Part shown: in pieces, positions 50,035 to 58,035 of the stretch | Layout of the letters: every line of letters begins with the position of its first letter | How positions within the stretch are numbered: position 1 is the first letter of the stretch | NCBI GenBank assembly: GCA_964492555.1 | Contig: CAZBKQ010000005.1 | Location: 8,503-71,580, forward strand | Direction: 5' to 3' | Length of the DNA stretch: 63,078 nt | Origin: an uncultured Rhodospirillaceae bacterium | Lineage (GTDB): Bacteria; Pseudomonadota; Alphaproteobacteria; MPNO01; UBA2964 | Notes under the pieces: model-generated | Told to the model about the DNA's origin: nothing | The model's input: only the letters and a program-made list of their open reading frames with translations | The model's database searches: none | Position numbers and translations under genes: made by a program

Positions 50035-51279
50035 ATGGACATAGCAACCAGCGATATTCACAAACAATCGATCGAATCCTTCGACACGGAAAAGCTGTTG
50101 AAAAATGCGGCGCGGCAACGCGACGACCGTAAATACGACACGTTCCCGATCGTCGATGTCGATTGCCATCACTATGAAAACGAATCCCTCAATGAAATCG
50201 TCGAGTATTTCGACGACCCGGTGCTCAAGCAGGTGGGCAAGGTCTATTCCGGCAGCGGCACGGGCGCGCAATCGCCCTTTGTCCCGGGTGGCACCGGTTA
50301 TCAGGACGTCGCGGGCCGGGTAACGCGCTATCCGCTGCGAAAGATCGAAACCACGCCGGCCGATGACAAGCATCGCGATATTCATCTGTCGCTACGCTGG
50401 ATGGATGCGATGGGTGTCGATTATTCCTGCCTGTTCCCGACCCCGATGCTGACCATCGGCACGCATCCGCAGAACGAGGTCGAGGCCCAGATGGCCAAGG
50501 GCTATAACCGCTGGCTGCTTGACAAGATCACGTCCAAGGAAAAACGCATCAAGACGATGATCTATGTGCCGTTCAATGATCCGGAAGCGGCCTATGAAAC
50601 AGTCAAGGAATTCGGCGATCACCCAGACGTTATCGGTTTCATGGTGGTCTCCGTCCGCTATAAGCCGGTTTATGACAACGCCTATATGAAGACCTATGCG
50701 TTGATGGAGGAAATGGGCAAGCCGCTTGGCTTCCACGCCGGTTTCAACTGGGGCGATCCGCTGGTCGGCAACACGAACCGTTTCCTCGTCACGCATGCGT
50801 TGGGCTTCACCCTGTTCAACACGGTGCATCTCTGCAATTGGGTCATCAACGCCCTGCCGGAACGTTTCCCCAAGCTGAAAGTGATCTGGATCGAATCAGG
50901 CCTTGCCTGGATTCCCTGGATCATGCAGCGCCTCGACAATGACTACAAGATGCGCTGGTCCGAGGGGCCCTCGCTCAAGAAACTGCCAAGCGAGTATATG
51001 CGCGATATGTATTACACCTCCCAGCCGATGGAAATTCCGGACCGGGAAGATGTGCTGGAAATGACATTCGACCTGATCAATGCCGACACGCAGCTCTTGT
51101 GGGCGTCGGATTATCCTCATTGGGATATGGATCTTCCCTGTGTGATTTATGACCGGCCATTCCTGAATGAGACGCAGAAACAGCGCATTCTTGGCGGCAA
51201 TGCGATTGAGCTTTTCGGTCTGGATGTGGCCGACCGGTTCCCGAACTACAAGGTGCCCGAGATCAACACCGCCTCCTGA
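50035..51279 (+). CDS. Amidohydrolase-2 family protein, A2
   Basis: 414 aa from the ATG at 50035 (RBS GAAGGGAAG). Motifs PIVDVDCHHYE, GFHAG and ASDYPHWDMD. Confidence 0.8.
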   Translation: MDIATSDIHKQSIESFDTEKLLKNAARQRDDRKYDTFPIVDVDCHHYENESLNEIVEYFDDPVLKQVGKVYSGSGTGAQSPFVPGGTGYQDVAGRVTRYPLRKIETTPADDKHRDIHLSLRWMDAMGVDYSCLFPTPMLTIGTHPQNEVEAQMAKGYNRWLLDKITSKEKRIKTMIYVPFNDPEAAYETVKEFGDHPDVIGFMVVSVRYKPVYDNAYMKTYALMEEMGKPLGFHAGFNWGDPLVGNTNRFLVTHALGFTLFNTVHLCNWVINALPERFPKLKVIWIESGLAWIPWIMQRLDNDYKMRWSEGPSLKKLPSEYMRDMYYTSQPMEIPDREDVLEMTFDLINADTQLLWASDYPHWDMDLPCVIYDRPFLNETQKQRILGGNAIELFGLDVADRFPNYKVPEINTAS

Positions 51280-51290
51280 CGAGCGGTCTC

Positions 51291-52520
51291 ATGGACCTGG
51301 CCACCAGCGATATCACCCGCCAATCCATTGCGGCGCTTGATACAGAGAAGCTGCTGAAAAATGCAGCCCGCCAGCGGGATGTGCGGGGACTGACAGAGTT
51401 TCCGATTATCGATGTCGACTCTCACCACTATGAGAACGAGTCGATCCGGGAAATCATCCAGTATGTCGACGACCCGGTCTTGAAGCAGAACGCCCTGGTT
51501 TACAGTTCCGGCGGGATCGGGGCGCAAATGCCGATGTTGCCGGGCAATGTCGGGTATCAGGACGTGGCCGGCCGGATCACCCGTTATCCGCTCAGAAAGA
51601 CGGAAACCACACCCGCAGACGGGACGCATCGCGATGTGCATCTGTCGCTTCGATGGATGGATGCGCTGGGTGTAGATGTCGCGACCCTGTTCCCCAGTCC
51701 GATGCTGGTATTGGGATTGCACCCCCAGCCCGAAGTGGAGGCGGGTCTTGCCAAGGCCTATAACCGCTGGCTTCTCGAAAATGTTTGCGCGCAGGAAAAG
51801 CGCATCAAGACGATGATCTATGTGCCGTTCAATGATCCCGAAGCGGCCTATGAGACAGTGAAGGAGTTTGGCGGGCATCCCGATGTCATCGGTTTTATGG
51901 TGGTCTCCGTCCGCTACAAGCCGGTTTATGACAATGCCTATATGAAGACATACAGGCTGATGGAGGAAATAGGTAAGCCGCTGGCATTTCACAGCAATTA
52001 TAACTGGAATGACCCGCTGATCGGCAACACCAACAGGTTTCTGGTCACCCATGCGCTCGGCTTTACCCTGTTCAACACAATTCATCTCTGCAACTGGGTC
52101 ATTAACGGGCTGCCGGAACGGTTTCCGAATCTGAACGTTATCTGGATCGAATCCGGGCTTGCCTGGATTCCCTGGATCATGCAGCGCCTCGACAATGACT
52201 ATAAAATGCGTTGGTCGGAAGGGCCGTCATTGAAGCGTCTTCCCAGCGAATATATGCGGGATATGTATTATACCAGCCAGCCGATGGAGATGCCGGACCG
52301 GATGGACGTATTGGAGATGACCTTCGATCTCATCAACGCCGAATCCCAACTCCTTTGGTCATCGGATTATCCGCATTGGGACATGGATATGCCGAGTGTG
52401 ATTTACGATTTGCCGTTTCTTGATGAAGCCACGAAACGGCGTATTCTCGGCGGAAACGCAATAGATTTGTTCGGGCTCGATCTGTCGGATCGTTATCCGG
52501 ATTATCGCGCGGCCTCATAG
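51291..52520 (+). CDS. Amidohydrolase-2 family protein, A3 (close tandem paralog of A2)
   Basis: 409 aa. Motifs PIIDVDSHHYE, AFHSN and SSDYPHWDMD. Long stretches match A2 at nucleotide level. Confidence 0.8.
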   Translation: MDLATSDITRQSIAALDTEKLLKNAARQRDVRGLTEFPIIDVDSHHYENESIREIIQYVDDPVLKQNALVYSSGGIGAQMPMLPGNVGYQDVAGRITRYPLRKTETTPADGTHRDVHLSLRWMDALGVDVATLFPSPMLVLGLHPQPEVEAGLAKAYNRWLLENVCAQEKRIKTMIYVPFNDPEAAYETVKEFGGHPDVIGFMVVSVRYKPVYDNAYMKTYRLMEEIGKPLAFHSNYNWNDPLIGNTNRFLVTHALGFTLFNTIHLCNWVINGLPERFPNLNVIWIESGLAWIPWIMQRLDNDYKMRWSEGPSLKRLPSEYMRDMYYTSQPMEMPDRMDVLEMTFDLINAESQLLWSSDYPHWDMDMPSVIYDLPFLDEATKRRILGGNAIDLFGLDLSDRYPDYRAAS

Positions 52521-52530
52521 AGAATTCAGC

Positions 52531-53826
52531 ATGCCCGCACTGACACAGGATCTGATCGCGCTGATCCGGGGGCGTGACGTCATGCCCGATGATCTTCACA
52601 AGACGGCGCTGTTTACGCTTGACGCGGTGGCGAATGCCATCGCCGGCCGCAATAGCGAACCGGGCCGTAAGTTGCTGGCCTGGGCGTCGGGAAGGCCGAT
52701 GGATGCCGGGCGGCGCGCCTTTGTCATGGGCGGTCTGACCCATATTCTGGAAGTCGATGACATCCACCGCGCCTCCGTGGTGCATACCGGCTGTGTGACC
52801 GTGCCGGCGGTCCTCGCGCTGGCGTCGGAGCGTGAGCTGTCCGGCGATGTTCTGCTGAAGGCGGTCCTTTTTGGATTTGAGGCGGCATGCCGTGTCGGCA
52901 TGGCGGTCGGGCCCGCCCATTACCGTATCTGGCACAACACGGCGACTTGCGGGCCTTTCGGGTCGGCTATGGCGGCGGCCACCCTTCTGGGGCTGGATGA
53001 TGAGGCGGCGATGAACGCCCTCGGCAATGCCGGTACGCAATCCGCCGGGGTGTGGGAGTTTCTGAAAACCGGCGCGATGAGCAAACATCTCCATGCCGGG
53101 CGGGCGGCGGAGGCGGGGGTTGTGGCCGCTGAACTGGCGGTAGAGGGCTTTACCGGCCCGCCGGCCATTCTGGAAGGGCCGACCGGTTTTTTCGCCGCCG
53201 CCTGTCCCGATCCCGACCCGGATGCGGTGCTGCGCGATCCCAACGCGCCCTGGCAGGTGCATCTGACGTCGATCAAACCCTGGCCTTCCTGCCGCCATAC
53301 CCATCCGGCGATAGATGCGGCTTTAGGCATCGCGGATCAGATTGATGCGGCGGCGGTCAAATCCGTCTCCGTGCAGACTTATGGTGCGGCGATCGATGTC
53401 TGCGACCGGCCGGTGGCGAATTCCGCCTATGAAGCCAAGTTTTCCCTGCAACATTGCGTCGCGGCTTCGCTCCAGCGCGGCAAGGTGGATTTTTCCGCCT
53501 TTGATGATGCCGCGCGCGAGAAGGCTGCTTCATTGGCGCTCAAGGTCAATGTCGAGGCGGGCGGAGACTATGCCACTGCCTATCCGGCAGCCTGGGGCGC
53601 GGGCATAACGGTTGAAACAGATGATGGGCAAGAGATCGCCGCCAGCGCGCCGGAATGCCGGGGTGATCCGGAAGCCGCGCTTAGCGATGATGAGATGATT
53701 GAGAAGGCGCGCGATCTTATCCGTTTTGGCGGCATCAACGATCCCGCCGCCATCGTGGATAGCGTGATGGGAGCAGCTGATGGCGGGCGTTTCCCCGATC
53801 CATCCACGATCCTCAGCGCCGCGTGA
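52531..53826 (+). CDS. MmgE/PrpD-family protein, short (431 aa) non-PrpD subtype
   Basis: Motifs LDAVANAIAG, HILEVDDIHRASVVHTGCVTVPAVLALA and KPWPSCRHTHPAIDA are typical of the family. Confidence 0.8.
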   Translation: MPALTQDLIALIRGRDVMPDDLHKTALFTLDAVANAIAGRNSEPGRKLLAWASGRPMDAGRRAFVMGGLTHILEVDDIHRASVVHTGCVTVPAVLALASERELSGDVLLKAVLFGFEAACRVGMAVGPAHYRIWHNTATCGPFGSAMAAATLLGLDDEAAMNALGNAGTQSAGVWEFLKTGAMSKHLHAGRAAEAGVVAAELAVEGFTGPPAILEGPTGFFAAACPDPDPDAVLRDPNAPWQVHLTSIKPWPSCRHTHPAIDAALGIADQIDAAAVKSVSVQTYGAAIDVCDRPVANSAYEAKFSLQHCVAASLQRGKVDFSAFDDAAREKAASLALKVNVEAGGDYATAYPAAWGAGITVETDDGQEIAASAPECRGDPEAALSDDEMIEKARDLIRFGGINDPAAIVDSVMGAADGGRFPDPSTILSAA

Positions 53827-53897
53827 CGCTTGCAAGGGCTGGGGCAACCCGGCATTCTTTGTTATCGTTTGATTCTGACTAAATTGGGGAGACTATT

Positions 53898-54851
53898 ATG
53901 AGGAAAACATTCATTTTTTCGGCGGTCGGAACGGCCATGTTGGCGACCGCGTCGCTGCCCGCGAGTGCGGCAAATTTCGCCTGTTCGACGGCGCAGCTGA
54001 TTGTGCCTTGGGGACCGGGTGGCGGTACCGCCGTCTTGTTTGGTCTGTTTGAGAAATACATGAACGAACATGGTGCCAAACCGAAAATCAAGGTGGTCAC
54101 CATCCCCGGACAGGGGGGCAACAAGGGCGCCAAGGTCGCGGTCAAGAAGAAAGCCGATGGCTGCAGCCTGTTCGCGATCCATCAGAGCGCGATTATTTCG
54201 CATCTGGCGAAGCGCGTCGATTTCAATTACACGGCATTCGACACTGTCGCGCATCTGACCGTGACGCCCAGCATTCTCTCAGCTAGCCCGAAAGCACCGT
54301 TCAGCGACTATGACGGCATGCTGAAGCATGTGAAGGCCAATAACGGCAAGGTAAAGGTCGGTGCCTCGCTCGGCGCGACCAGCCATTTCATCTGGCTCAT
54401 CATCGGGGAGAAGACCGGCACGTCATACAGTTTTGTCCCGGTTCAGGGTGGCACCGGCAAGCGCAAGCAGCTCCTGATGAACAATACCTTCATGCTGGCC
54501 GAAATGAACGAGGCGGCGGCGAAAAAGGAACTTTCCGATGGGCGGATGAAGCCTTTGGCGATTGCCGCGGCCAAACGGTCGCCGACGTTCCCGAATGTGC
54601 CCACGCTGCGTGAAAAAGGCATCGACCTGCTTTATGCGCTTAATCGCGGCATCGTCGTGCCGAAGGGCACAGCCAAGGACAAGATCGATCACTGGGCGGC
54701 CGCTTTCAAAAAGGCCGTTGATGATCCCGCGTTCGTGAAGCAGATCGCGGCAAAGGGCACCGGCCTGCAATATATGGGGCCGAAAAAATACGAGAACTGG
54801 TTCAAGGCCCAGACCGCGTTGTTCACCAAGGTCCACGCCAGCATCAAGTAA
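53898..54851 (+). CDS. tctC: TTT transporter substrate-binding protein
   Basis: 317 aa. Signal peptide MRKTFIFSAVGTAMLATASLPASA. Bug/TctC-like motifs LIVPWGPGGGTA and GGTGKR. It is followed directly by tctB and tctA. Confidence 0.82.
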   Translation: MRKTFIFSAVGTAMLATASLPASAANFACSTAQLIVPWGPGGGTAVLFGLFEKYMNEHGAKPKIKVVTIPGQGGNKGAKVAVKKKADGCSLFAIHQSAIISHLAKRVDFNYTAFDTVAHLTVTPSILSASPKAPFSDYDGMLKHVKANNGKVKVGASLGATSHFIWLIIGEKTGTSYSFVPVQGGTGKRKQLLMNNTFMLAEMNEAAAKKELSDGRMKPLAIAAAKRSPTFPNVPTLREKGIDLLYALNRGIVVPKGTAKDKIDHWAAAFKKAVDDPAFVKQIAAKGTGLQYMGPKKYENWFKAQTALFTKVHASIK

Positions 54852-54916
54852 GGCGTTCCGGATAAGGCGGGGCCCGCGAATTTGTGCGGGTTCCGCCCCG
54901 GCCTTTTTCCACCGCC

Positions 54917-55510
54917 ATGCAGCGCCTCAACCGCGATACCATTGTCGCCATCATCCTTTTGGCGCTGTGCGGCGTTTTCTTTTATGTCAGCTTCGATATC
55001 CGCACGCCGGAGTTCGAGCGTCTCGCGCCCGGTCAGATGGATCCCGGGTTGTGGCCGCGCATTATCCTGTCGGGCCTTGTCCTGATGGCGCTGATCTATC
55101 TTGCGCAATCGGTGATATCGCCGCCCGCGGACCAGGAAGAACGTGGTGGGCTGGGCGGCTGGTACCGGCATTACCGCAATCCCATCCATTGTTTTCTTGC
55201 GTTCGGCGCCTTCATGCTGCTTATCCCCTATCTCGGGATGCTGCTAGCGGGGATGCTGTTTGTTTTCGGCATGATGACCATGCTGGGGGGCAGGGAACGG
55301 TGGCTGATCGGGACCCATGCCACGGTCTCGGTCTGCACGGTGGGCGGGATGTGGTTCATCTTTGCCTGTTTGCTGAGCGTGCAATTGCCGCGCAGCAGCC
55401 TGTTTCCGGATGCGGAGGAATGGCTGCTGGTAAATATCTGCGGTATTTCCGAGGCAATCGGCGGGCTTTTCGCCGCCGCGCCGCGCGCCTGTGCCGTAAT
55501 CTTGGTCTGA
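54917..55510 (+). CDS. tctB: TTT transporter small membrane subunit
   Basis: 197 aa from the ATG at 54917. Four hydrophobic segments, and the position between tctC and tctA fits. Confidence 0.75.
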   Translation: MQRLNRDTIVAIILLALCGVFFYVSFDIRTPEFERLAPGQMDPGLWPRIILSGLVLMALIYLAQSVISPPADQEERGGLGGWYRHYRNPIHCFLAFGAFMLLIPYLGMLLAGMLFVFGMMTMLGGRERWLIGTHATVSVCTVGGMWFIFACLLSVQLPRSSLFPDAEEWLLVNICGISEAIGGLFAAAPRACAVILV

Positions 55511-55522
55511 GGGGCGGGCGCA

Positions 55523-57214
55523 ATGATCGAAAATATTCTTATCGCCGGAGCGGAGCTTTGGTCCGTCGGGACGTTGTTGCTGATGGCTCTTGGCGTGGTT
55601 GCCGGTCTGATCGCGGGCGCCATTCCGGGGTTTACCATCGCCATGGCGGTGGTGCTGGTTCTGCCCTTTACCTTCGGGATGAGCCCTGTGCAGGGGCTGG
55701 GCACCATGATCGGTGTCTATGTCGGCGGTCTGTCGGGCGGGTTGATGTCGGGCATTCTCACCGGCATCCCGGGGACGCCTTCATCGGTTGCCACCACATT
55801 TGACGGTTTTCCGCTGGCGCGCGGCGGCAAGGCCGGGCTGGCGCTTGGCGTCGGCGTCTGGGCGTCTTTTTTCGGCGGTGTGATCGGCGCCATTGTCCTT
55901 GTCCTTGTCGCGCCGCAGCTCGCTCGCATCGGGCAGGAATTCCAGCCATGGGATTATTTCGCGCTGATGGCGTTTGCGCTCACCGTGACGGCGTCTCTGG
56001 CGGGGGAAAATATGGTCAAGGGGCTGATTGCCGGGCTGATCGGTTTGCTGGTCGCGACGGTGGGCGAGGACTCGGTGGTCGGCGTGCCGCGTTTTACCTT
56101 TGGAGTGGATTCAGTTCAGCAGGGATTCGCTTTCCTGCCGGTTCTGGTCGGGCTGTTTGCCTTCTCACGTCTATTGGCCGACGTTCGGGATTCCGAATCC
56201 GCAAAGGGGAACCTCGGCGCGAAATCGGATGCCTCCATCCGGATCAATCATCTTGTGGCCGCGACGGAGGTTCTGAAACGCTGGGGCAATCTGGTGCGCT
56301 CTTCCCTTATCGGCGTCTTTACCGGGGTTTTGCCGGCGGCGGGCAGTTCGATCTCCAATATTCTCGCTTACGATCAGGCCAGGAAATATTCAAAGACGCC
56401 AGAGAAATTCGGGACCGGCCATTTAGACGGTATTGTTGCGCCGGAAGCCGCCAACAACGCGACGGCTGGCGGGGCGCTGATCGTCATGATGGCGCTGGGC
56501 ATTCCCGGCGATATCATTACCGCTGTGATGCTGGGCGCGTTACTGATCCATGATGTGGTGCCGAGCCCGACCTTTATCACCGAACAGCCGGTTATCGCCT
56601 ATGCGATTTTTATTGCCTTCTTCATGGCGAATTTCATGATGCTGGCCTTGCAATCCGTGACGTTGCGGGGATTCGTCCGGGTCACCCAGGTCAAGATATA
56701 TATGCTGGCTTCGGTCATCCTGTTTTACTGCGCGCTTGGCGTCTTCGCGCTCAATAATGTGGAATTTGATATCTGGACGCTCTTCTGGTTCGGCGTGCTT
56801 GGCTTTGTCATGTCCGCGCTGGGTTTTCCCATCGTGCCGGTTATTCTCGGCGTCGTGCTGGGCGGTATCGCCGAGAACGCGCTGGCGCAGGTTATCGCGC
56901 TGTCCGATGACCCGACCCATTTCGTGACCCGGCCCTGGTCGCTGTTCTTTATCGTGCTGGGGTTGTTCTCGTCCTTTTTCCATGTCTATCAGCGTCAGCG
57001 CGGCAGGAAGCGCTGGACGTTGGTCTTTATTCCGGCGATGTGTATCTGCCTTTCCGTTCCGGTTGCCATGATGGACGGGATTGTGCGGCCTGTTCTTGCC
57101 GCGCTGTTGGTTGTTGGCGGATTGTATTTGCTCTATCAACGCCACCGTGAGGGGTGGGTGGTCATGACAGAAGATCAGGGCGAGGCACCAACGATCGCGG
57201 AGGGAGGACCATGA
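55523..57214 (+). CDS. tctA: TTT transporter large permease subunit
   Basis: 563 aa polytopic membrane protein. Motifs GAIPGFTIAMAVVLVLPFTFGM and GVLPAAGSSISNILAYD are typical of TctA. Confidence 0.88.
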   Translation: MIENILIAGAELWSVGTLLLMALGVVAGLIAGAIPGFTIAMAVVLVLPFTFGMSPVQGLGTMIGVYVGGLSGGLMSGILTGIPGTPSSVATTFDGFPLARGGKAGLALGVGVWASFFGGVIGAIVLVLVAPQLARIGQEFQPWDYFALMAFALTVTASLAGENMVKGLIAGLIGLLVATVGEDSVVGVPRFTFGVDSVQQGFAFLPVLVGLFAFSRLLADVRDSESAKGNLGAKSDASIRINHLVAATEVLKRWGNLVRSSLIGVFTGVLPAAGSSISNILAYDQARKYSKTPEKFGTGHLDGIVAPEAANNATAGGALIVMMALGIPGDIITAVMLGALLIHDVVPSPTFITEQPVIAYAIFIAFFMANFMMLALQSVTLRGFVRVTQVKIYMLASVILFYCALGVFALNNVEFDIWTLFWFGVLGFVMSALGFPIVPVILGVVLGGIAENALAQVIALSDDPTHFVTRPWSLFFIVLGLFSSFFHVYQRQRGRKRWTLVFIPAMCICLSVPVAMMDGIVRPVLAALLVVGGLYLLYQRHREGWVVMTEDQGEAPTIAEGGP

Positions 57215-58035
57215 CGACACAAGCTGAAAAGGCGGAGAAGTTTCAGGCGCTGCACAGATCGGACGATATTCTCGTCCTGCCCAACGCCTATGACGCGGTG
57301 AGCGCCTGTGTGATCGCGGCGGAAGGGTTCGAGGCGATTGCGACGACCAGCGGCGGCTGCGCCTTTTCTGTCGGCTATTGCGACGGTGAAAACATGACGC
57401 GCGATCAGATGGCGGAAATTGTCGGGCGCATCTGCAACGCCGTCGATATCCCGGTCAGCGCCGATATGGAAGCGGGCTACGGCAAGGAGCCGGGGGCTGT
57501 TGCCGCCACCATCGCGGCGACGATTGAATCAGGCGCGGTCGGGATCAATATCGAGGATGGCAGCAAGGGGGGCGAACGGGTCCTGATCGACTTTGATCTC
57601 TCCGTCGAGCGTATTCGCGCCGCGCGCAAGGCGATTGATGATAGCGGTATCCCGATGGTGCTGAATGCCCGGACCGACGCCTTCATGACCGGCGAAGACG
57701 ACCCGGTGGCGGAGGCGACCCGCCGCGCTAACGCGTATCTGGAGTCCGGGGCGGACTGTACCTTTGTCATCGGGGTTTCCGATGCGGGCAGGATCGGGCA
57801 ATTGGCCAATGGCATTGATGGACCGTTGAACGTGCTGGCGGGGGCGTCGAGCCCGTCGATCGCGGAGCTTAAGGCGCTTGGTGTTAAACGCGTAACCTTC
57901 GGCAGCGGCTTCGCCAAGGCGGCGATGACCCTGGTGCAAAAGGGCGCGCGGGAATTGAAGGAAACCGGCACCTATGGCTGGGTCGAGGGGGCCATGGGCC
58001 AGCCTGATATTCATCGGATTTTGAAGGGCGGCTAG
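57211..58035 (+). CDS. Isocitrate lyase / PEP mutase superfamily protein (2-methylisocitrate lyase / oxaloacetate decarboxylase-like)
   Basis: 274 aa from the ATG at 57211, which forms an ATGA overlap with the tctA stop. Motifs LVLPNAYDAVSA, VSADMEAGYG and GINIEDG. Confidence 0.8.
   Translation: MTTQAEKAEKFQALHRSDDILVLPNAYDAVSACVIAAEGFEAIATTSGGCAFSVGYCDGENMTRDQMAEIVGRICNAVDIPVSADMEAGYGKEPGAVAATIAATIESGAVGINIEDGSKGGERVLIDFDLSVERIRAARKAIDDSGIPMVLNARTDAFMTGEDDPVAEATRRANAYLESGADCTFVIGVSDAGRIGQLANGIDGPLNVLAGASSPSIAELKALGVKRVTFGSGFAKAAMTLVQKGARELKETGTYGWVEGAMGQPDIHRILKGG

Noticed and set aside
54967-55803. A 278-aa ORF spanning the tctB/tctA junction in another frame, and the 201-aa ORF at 55948-56553 inside tctA.
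   Set aside because: Their products are Arg/Gly-rich with no hydrophobic segments, and they sit on top of clear polytopic TctB and TctA reading frames.
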